From contig JBHLMI010000028.1 in the NCBI GenBank assembly GCA_048938295.1, positions 1-31,851 on the forward strand: a DNA stretch of 31,851 nt, written 5' to 3'. This document shows, piece by piece, positions 25,965-31,851 of the stretch. The notes under the pieces were generated by a model, which searched no databases, was not told the DNA's origin, and saw only the letters and a program-made list of their open reading frames with translations. The stretch is from Promethearchaeota archaeon. GTDB taxonomy: Archaea > Asgardarchaeota > Hermodarchaeia > Hermodarchaeales > Hermodarchaeaceae. The position numbers were made by a program, and so were the translations under genes. Position 1 is the stretch's first letter; each line of letters begins with the position of its first letter.

Positions 25965-26111
25965 TTTATTCACCAAATCACGTAATGCCTACCAGTTCAA
26001 GCCACTGTAAAAAGATTGCTGATACTAAATACCACGTGATTTTACTGTTTTCTCTACAACAAATGGAAATCCTTAAAGCCTAAGATACAAACACCGGGTC
26101 AGTGAAAAACA

Positions 26112-26285
26112 ATGCCAGGATCACACGGAAGCCTAACAAAAGCAGGTAAAGTTCGGAGCCAAACGCCAAAAATTGAAGGCAAAGTAAGGGTTACTCCGAT
26201 TCCTCGGCTGCGCAATCGTAGAATCTATACCAAGCGCATCTTAAACCAGACACCTGCCGGTCAGCCCAAAGCTGTTCGACGCTAG
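26112..26285 (+). CDS. rps30e: 30S ribosomal protein S30e
   Basis: Not in the ORF track. Hand translation MPGSHGSLTKAGKVRSQTPKIEGK...PRLRNRRIY.KR (57 aa) carries the HGSLxxAGKVRxQTPK signature. Confidence 0.95.
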   Translation: MPGSHGSLTKAGKVRSQTPKIEGKVRVTPIPRLRNRRIYTKRILNQTPAGQPKAVRR

Positions 26286-26344
26286 ACTTGAGAACAGTCA
26301 GTCTAGCCTCTACCATTTTCGTTTACCCTGTGATTACTCGATAG

Positions 26345-27940
26345 GTGGAAACTAGGTTGCAGCGTGTTGCTGAAGAAATCCTTCAGGCGGTAATAGTAGG
26401 TAAGATTCAAAGTAAAAGCGAACTTCAGAAACTAAAACGCAAGCTCAGCCATAAGTATAAACTCTCTCGGTTTCCCTCCGATGTCGAGATATTAAGTTAT
26501 GCTACCGACGAGGAGAAAGAACAAGTAAGCCATATTCTCCGTAAGAAACCCACCCGCACCTTATCCGGCGTCGTCGTAGTAGCGGTTATGACCGAACCGA
26601 TGGAATGCCCAGGACAATGCACCTATTGCCCCACCAATATCCCTACTGCACCAAAGGCATACGTAGGTGATGAACCCGCCACCCTGCGCGCTCGTCAGAA
26701 TCAGTATGATCCTTTTCGACAGGTGGTAAGTCGGTTGGAACAGCTCCAAGCTATGGGACACAGCACCGATAAAGTTGAATTAATCATCATGGGGGGAACC
26801 TTCCTTTCCGCTTCTGACGTATATCAACAAGAGTTCGTAAAGCGATGTCTTGATGCAATGAATGATTTTGAAGCTAAGGACATCACTGAAGCAATAAAGC
26901 TGGCTGAAAATGCCCAAATTCGGCCCGTCGGAATCACCATTGAAACCCGTCCTGACTACTGCAAACAAGAACATGTCGATAGAATGCTAGACTTGGGAAC
27001 CACCCGCGTGGAATTAGGAGTTCAAACCATTTATGATGACATCTACAAGACCATTTGCCGTGGACACACTGTATCTGATGTCATTAGTGCCACTCAGCTG
27101 GCAAAAGATGCGGGGCTCAAAGTCTGCTACCATATCATGCCCGGTTTGCCAGGGTCTACTAGAGAACGGGATCAAGAAGTCTTCGAGAACTTGTTCTCAC
27201 GTGAAGAATTCCAACCTGATCTCCTCAAGATATACCCTTGTTTAGTTTTACGAGGTAGTAGCCTCTTTGAAACGTGGCGTAAAGGTGAGTACACTCCATA
27301 CACCACAGATGAAGTGATAGACCTCATTTCTGACGTTATGCCATCAATTCCTCGGTGGGTACGAATTCAACGTATGCAACGTGATATTCCCAAACGACTT
27401 ATCGTGGCGGGACCTGATGCAGGAAATTTAACCCAACTTGTCTTTAAGCGTGCAGAACAAAAAGGCTACCAAGTACAGACTATACGCTATCGCGAAGTAG
27501 GGTATAAGCAACGGTCTCAAATGAATAAAAACACAGGAAACCCAGACATCGCGGATTTAACGCTCCGAGTAGATGAATACCCAGCGTCTAAAGGACGAGA
27601 ACTTTTCTTCGCTTACGAAGACCCAAAGCAGAACACACTGGTAGGTTATCTCCGGCTTCGAATACCCAGTAATTGTGCCCATCGCCCAGAAATAAAATCA
27701 CGAGATACAGCTCTTCTTCGTGAACTACATGTTTACGGTCAATCAGTTAACATTGGCGTGACAAAAGAAGACGCTTGGCAACATCGTGGAGTTGGTGCTC
27801 AACTGCTATGTGCCGCTGAAGAGTATGCGCAAAACTACGATAGCAAATTGATTGTGTGCACTAGTGGAATCGGAGCAAGAGAATATTATCGCCGCCATGG
27901 CTACAAACTTAATGGACCTTATATGACAAAAAGCCTATAG
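26345..27940 (+). CDS. elp3: Elp3 tRNA U34 acetyltransferase (radical SAM plus GNAT)
   Basis: RTLSGV.VVAVMT, CxxxCxxC, KVELIIMGGTF, ETRPD, RVELGVQ, H.MPGLPG, KIYP.LV, R.QRDIP, RELHVYG, QH.G.G, SGIGAREYY. Confidence 0.95.
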   Translation: METRLQRVAEEILQAVIVGKIQSKSELQKLKRKLSHKYKLSRFPSDVEILSYATDEEKEQVSHILRKKPTRTLSGVVVVAVMTEPMECPGQCTYCPTNIPTAPKAYVGDEPATLRARQNQYDPFRQVVSRLEQLQAMGHSTDKVELIIMGGTFLSASDVYQQEFVKRCLDAMNDFEAKDITEAIKLAENAQIRPVGITIETRPDYCKQEHVDRMLDLGTTRVELGVQTIYDDIYKTICRGHTVSDVISATQLAKDAGLKVCYHIMPGLPGSTRERDQEVFENLFSREEFQPDLLKIYPCLVLRGSSLFETWRKGEYTPYTTDEVIDLISDVMPSIPRWVRIQRMQRDIPKRLIVAGPDAGNLTQLVFKRAEQKGYQVQTIRYREVGYKQRSQMNKNTGNPDIADLTLRVDEYPASKGRELFFAYEDPKQNTLVGYLRLRIPSNCAHRPEIKSRDTALLRELHVYGQSVNIGVTKEDAWQHRGVGAQLLCAAEEYAQNYDSKLIVCTSGIGAREYYRRHGYKLNGPYMTKSL

Positions 27941-28000
27941 TTTTCCTAAATGGGAAAGTTTATGCAACGTGTTTGAAGTGGTTCCTAGGGGCGAACTGTC

Positions 28001-29833
28001 ATGTGTGGAATCATTGGCGTGGTTCATATGAAAGGTAATGTCGCCTCCCTTCTACGCCAGTCTTTGAAGCGTCTAGAGTACCGAGGATATGATTCAAGCG
28101 GAATTGCTACGGTTTCTGAAGGCACCTTATTCATCAAGAAGGACAAAGGTAAGATAGATGACATACACCAACGCTTAAACTTTGACACCCTTCCTGGAAG
28201 CATCGGCATTGGTCACACACGCTGGGCTACCCATGGAGTTCCTTCGAAAGACAATGCACATCCTCACACCGATTGCCAAAATCGTATCGCCGTTGTTCAC
28301 AATGGAATTATCGAAAATTACCAAGAACTTCGTGATCAGCTTCTAGCAAATGGTCACCGATTTTCGTCTCAAACCGATACTGAAGTAATTCCCCACATGA
28401 TAGAAGAGGCTCGTAATCACACTTCCACTCTCAAAGAAGCAGTAGCACAGACTATAGTAAAATTAGAAGGGAGCTATGCAATCGTTGTCTTGGGAACGAA
28501 TGGCAAAGAGCTAGTGTGCACCCGAAAAGAAAGCCCCCTTGTGATTGGATTGGGCACTCAAGGAGTTTATTGTGCCTCAGATGTTCCAGCATTTCTTCCA
28601 ATGACTAGAAAAACAATCGTTCTTGAAGACAATGAAGTCGTTCATCTAACCTCTAACAGCGCATTGATGAGTCGAATTGATGACAAAGGATCACTAGCCC
28701 CACTCCCTGTTAGGGAACCAACCGTGGTCAACTGGACAATTGACATGGCCCAAAAGGGCGGTTATCCGCATTTCATGTTGAAAGAGATTCACGAGCAGCC
28801 CCGTGCGCTCAGCGATACTCTGCGTATTCGAAAAAAAGATCTTGAAGCGTTTGCCGAGATCCTATATAACCACAAGAATATTCTTACAATCGCCGCAGGC
28901 ACATCATTTCATGCAACGATGGCTGCAAAATACATGTTTTCTCATATCGCCGACCGACTCATACATGGGGTAATTGCCTCCGAAGGATCAGATACTGTAG
29001 CAGAAAGTTTGGGTAAAGATACAGCCGTTTTAGCAGTGACACAATCAGGTGAAACCATTGATACCTTGCATGCTGTCAAACATCTCAAAAACCAAGGCGC
29101 AACCATTTTAACCATTACCAATACCGTGGGCAGTTCAATTACTCGAATGGCTGATTCTGTCCTTTACACTCAGGCGGGTCCAGAAATTGGTGTTGCTGCA
29201 ACAAAGACCTACGCAACCCAACTTGCAACCTTAGCCTTACTTTCAATTTCGATGGGAACAATGACTGGTGCGCAAACGAAACAAGAAAGTCAGGAATTAA
29301 CCGAAGCATTGAATCAATTTCCCAATCTTATCCAAGCAGTCATTCGCAATCAAGAAAGCCTGATTAAAGAAACTGCCCAAGAATACATCACCAAATCCAA
29401 CTTCTTCTTCCTCGGACGAGGCATTAGCACTTCGACGGCAATGGAAGGGGCACTGAAAATCAAGGAAATTGCCTACGTCCATGCAGAAGGCTATCCTGCT
29501 GGCGAATCCAAACATGGTCCCATCGCCCTTGTTGAACCCGGATTCCCTATTATCTTCGTGGCTCCTAGCGATAATACCCGTCGACACTTAGAAGGCAATG
29601 TGATGGAAATGAAAGCAAGAGGGGCACAAATCATCTCCATCTGCTCAGAAAGTGATCAGAAACTTATTGATCTCAGCCACCACGCGATACCCTTACCTGA
29701 ACTTCCATCAGAATATTTCTCACCAATAAGCTACGTGATCCCTCTCCAGCTTCTAGCATATTATGCCGCCATTTTGCGTGGGCATGATCCAGACCAGCCT
29801 AGGAATCTTGCAAAATCGGTCACAGTCCTTTGA
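28001..29833 (+). CDS. glmS: Glutamine-fructose-6-phosphate transaminase (isomerizing)
   Basis: MCGIIG Ntn nucleophile, EYRGYDS, GHTRWATHG, HNGIIEN, TDTEV, QSGET.DT, AGPEIGVAATK, KHGPIAL, PRNLAKSVTV. Confidence 0.97.
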   Translation: MCGIIGVVHMKGNVASLLRQSLKRLEYRGYDSSGIATVSEGTLFIKKDKGKIDDIHQRLNFDTLPGSIGIGHTRWATHGVPSKDNAHPHTDCQNRIAVVHNGIIENYQELRDQLLANGHRFSSQTDTEVIPHMIEEARNHTSTLKEAVAQTIVKLEGSYAIVVLGTNGKELVCTRKESPLVIGLGTQGVYCASDVPAFLPMTRKTIVLEDNEVVHLTSNSALMSRIDDKGSLAPLPVREPTVVNWTIDMAQKGGYPHFMLKEIHEQPRALSDTLRIRKKDLEAFAEILYNHKNILTIAAGTSFHATMAAKYMFSHIADRLIHGVIASEGSDTVAESLGKDTAVLAVTQSGETIDTLHAVKHLKNQGATILTITNTVGSSITRMADSVLYTQAGPEIGVAATKTYATQLATLALLSISMGTMTGAQTKQESQELTEALNQFPNLIQAVIRNQESLIKETAQEYITKSNFFFLGRGISTSTAMEGALKIKEIAYVHAEGYPAGESKHGPIALVEPGFPIIFVAPSDNTRRHLEGNVMEMKARGAQIISICSESDQKLIDLSHHAIPLPELPSEYFSPISYVIPLQLLAYYAAILRGHDPDQPRNLAKSVTVL

Positions 29834-29884
29834 TACAAAGAGTTAAAGCACTACATTGGTTAGTTCTCAACACCCAATGGTTAG

Positions 29885-30124
29885 GTGAACAATTTGGCTC
29901 GCTGCCCTGAGTGCGCTGGCACTATGCGATTTGATCCAAAGAGCGGTCGTCAAGTGTGTCAACGATGTGGACTTGCCGTGTCTCGTGGTGAGCTGGACCG
30001 GCTTTGGGATGAGCAACGTTCCTCATATCGACACGAGGATGCGGAACGAGAAAAATCCCAACACCGTCGCGACTATCTTGAATGGTGGCTCGGTAAGAAA
30101 GGAAAAGAAAAACGCAAGAAGTAG
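29885..30124 (+). CDS. Small Zn-ribbon protein of unknown function
   Basis: CPEC...CQRCG TFIIB-type ribbon, then a charged helix and DYLEWWL plus a Lys-rich tail. Confidence 0.7.
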   Translation: MNNLARCPECAGTMRFDPKSGRQVCQRCGLAVSRGELDRLWDEQRSSYRHEDAEREKSQHRRDYLEWWLGKKGKEKRKK

Positions 30125-30253
30125 TCAAGCTTCTACGTAAGCTTCTCCTAGTCAGTTTTAGGTTAGTGTGGAAAATCCTTTTATGGACGGCAACTTCAGT
30201 TCGTGCAGTGAAGCGGCTAGTCTTCTCTGATTGACTGATTCGAGAGTGCGCAC

Positions 30254-31459
30254 GTGGGCGAGAATATCATTGAAAAAGCACTATTAGGTGCATCAGTTTT
30301 TAAAAACGAAGAGACCCTCCACCCGGCATTTGTTCCACCAGACCTACCCAACCGCGAAAACCAACTAATAAGGCTGAGTCACACATTCAAGGCTCTCCTT
30401 AACAAGGATGGTGCCTATGCAGTAAATGTCGCTGTTGTGGGAAAACCCGGAACGGGAAAAACCGTTTCTATCCGGTACTTTGGACGAGAGCTAGAGAAGG
30501 CGGCAGCGAAACGGGACATCAAAGTCCGGTTTGAATACTATGACTGTTTCATGTTTCGAACAAAAAGCGCTATTCTCCGCGATCTGCTCACCGAACGATT
30601 CAAAGTCACCAGTCGTGGGTTTTCAGATGAAGAGATTACAACTATGATTAACCGACGACTATCTCGGGAAAATATAAGACTAGTCCTATGCCTTGATGAA
30701 GCTTATTTACTTGGCCAGGATCTTCTTAGCCTCATTCACGCTAGTGAAGTGGCAAAGCATGGCCAAGCATTTATTTCGACACTAATAGCCTGCCGTATAG
30801 TCGATTGGCAAAACACTCTGAGTTTTCCACTCTCTGGACGGCTCCATGACCGCATCGAGATGCCAGCCTATAACCAAGATGAACTTTTTAAAATCTTTAA
30901 ATTCCGATCCGAACTCGCGTTTCATAAAGGCGTGGTAACGGATGAGATCATAGACATGGTAGCCAATATCGCCGCATCCACTCAGAATGCTCGACATGGA
31001 ATTGAAATTTTATATATAGCCGGTAAAGCTGCAGATCGTCTCAATGTCAGACCCATAACACCGGACTTGATTCGCCGAGCCAAACAAGAAGTCTACTCAG
31101 AATTACGTTCTGATGTGCTTTCTGGACTCCGTGAGCAAGAAATCCTCGTACTGGCCGCGCTCACTCGAGAATTAAAAGCGGAGAAATCCAGTTCAACTAC
31201 CATTGCAAATGTCTATGAGCGTTACCAACTCATCTGCGAGGAATTTGGAGTAAAGAAACAGGCCCTCCCAACCTTCAGAAAAACCATCGATACCCTCGTT
31301 TCACTCGGAATCATTGGAAAAGTCGTCGAAGGGATTGGAACGGGCCAGCGGGGACGGCGTGCACGGTTAACACTCATGGACATACCCGTTGAAGTCTTTG
31401 ATGAACGTGTCAGTGAAATCCTGCAGCGTCGCGAATCAATGGAAGGAAATTTTGACTAA
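30254..31459 (+). CDS. cdc6: Orc1/Cdc6 replication initiator
   Basis: L.P.FVP..LP.RE, GKPGTGKT Walker A, LCLDEA Walker B, Y...EL..I...R, NAR sensor-2 region, C-terminal winged helix. Confidence 0.93.
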   Translation: MGENIIEKALLGASVFKNEETLHPAFVPPDLPNRENQLIRLSHTFKALLNKDGAYAVNVAVVGKPGTGKTVSIRYFGRELEKAAAKRDIKVRFEYYDCFMFRTKSAILRDLLTERFKVTSRGFSDEEITTMINRRLSRENIRLVLCLDEAYLLGQDLLSLIHASEVAKHGQAFISTLIACRIVDWQNTLSFPLSGRLHDRIEMPAYNQDELFKIFKFRSELAFHKGVVTDEIIDMVANIAASTQNARHGIEILYIAGKAADRLNVRPITPDLIRRAKQEVYSELRSDVLSGLREQEILVLAALTRELKAEKSSSTTIANVYERYQLICEEFGVKKQALPTFRKTIDTLVSLGIIGKVVEGIGTGQRGRRARLTLMDIPVEVFDERVSEILQRRESMEGNFD

Positions 31460-31479
31460 AAACAGATGAGGAATCAAGC

Positions 31480-31851
31480 ATGGTAGCTCAAAACATGAAG
31501 GATGCACTTTGGTTTCAATACGAAAACGCTACAGTGCCTGTAATCGCCTTAAGGACAATGGATGGGTTCACCATCCAAGACTCAACCTATGGTCCTGTTG
31601 AAAAGGGACGAGAATTTGATCTTCCTCGATGGGTCGCAGTCGTCTTAGCCTCGAATAATATGGTTCAACTAAAGGCTCCAGAACTAAGCGTCCCTGATTT
31701 ACATAAGGCATTACTACGGGAAGCAGGAGAACCTGTTCTCCAGCCATTATCGCCCAATTACTACTTCCAAGTCAGGACTGCCATCGAACATCTTATTCAA
31801 CAAAATAAAAAAGCCCCCAATGATGTTCGAGTAGCAGCCCAAACTAAAATG
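31480..31851 (+). CDS. gins23: GINS23-type (Psf2/Psf3-like) subunit, runs off the window edge
   Basis: Not in the ORF track. Hand translation from ATG 31480: V.VIALR....YGP..KG.E..LPRWVA..LA...V (beta B-domain first), then L......E.....LQPL..NYY helical A-domain. Open to the end; directly after cdc6. Confidence 0.8.
   Translation, partial: MVAQNMKDALWFQYENATVPVIALRTMDGFTIQDSTYGPVEKGREFDLPRWVAVVLASNNMVQLKAPELSVPDLHKALLREAGEPVLQPLSPNYYFQVRTAIEHLIQQNKKAPNDVRVAAQTKM

Noticed and set aside
29810-29833. GlmS ends VTVL rather than VTVE
   Set aside because: All catalytic motifs are intact; terminal residue variation alone is not evidence of altered function.
1-31851. Mobile elements, CRISPR arrays, defence or viral genes
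   Set aside because: No transposase, integrase, terminal repeats, regularly spaced repeats or compositional break was seen; the window is core housekeeping.

Overview
Gene-dense archaeal core-chromosome segment, most likely from an Asgard archaeon. The class cannot be resolved from this window. The assignment is an inference from a DYNLRB-like roadblock, a standalone longin domain, four roadblocks around a small GTPase, eS30, TFE-beta and a GPN GTPase. Left to right: herA (partial)-nurA; HD hydrolase; CTP-dependent prenol kinase-like membrane protein; XRE regulator-GPN GTPase-acdB-coiled-coil protein; degenerate NYN-uppS; a roadblock/roadblock/MglA-like GTPase/roadblock operon with a divergent fourth roadblock; smc-scpA-scpB; longin protein; hypE, rps8e, hypA, srp19; an unexplained GC-rich structured gap; gar1-tfb-tfeB; rlmE, trm1, HTH regulator, DUF61, fibrillarin, nop5; rps30e, elp3, glmS, a small Zn-ribbon protein, cdc6/orc1 and gins23 (partial). 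Four genes absent from the ORF track were read by hand (herA, gar1, rps30e, gins23), and several starts were corrected. No mobile element, CRISPR array, tRNA or rRNA is supported. Best leads: (1) the four-roadblock plus MglA-type GTPase module beside condensin and a longin gene; (2) tfb and gar1 both lacking a canonical start codon; (3) a candidate non-coding RNA between srp19 and gar1. All family assignments come from motif recognition, not database searches.
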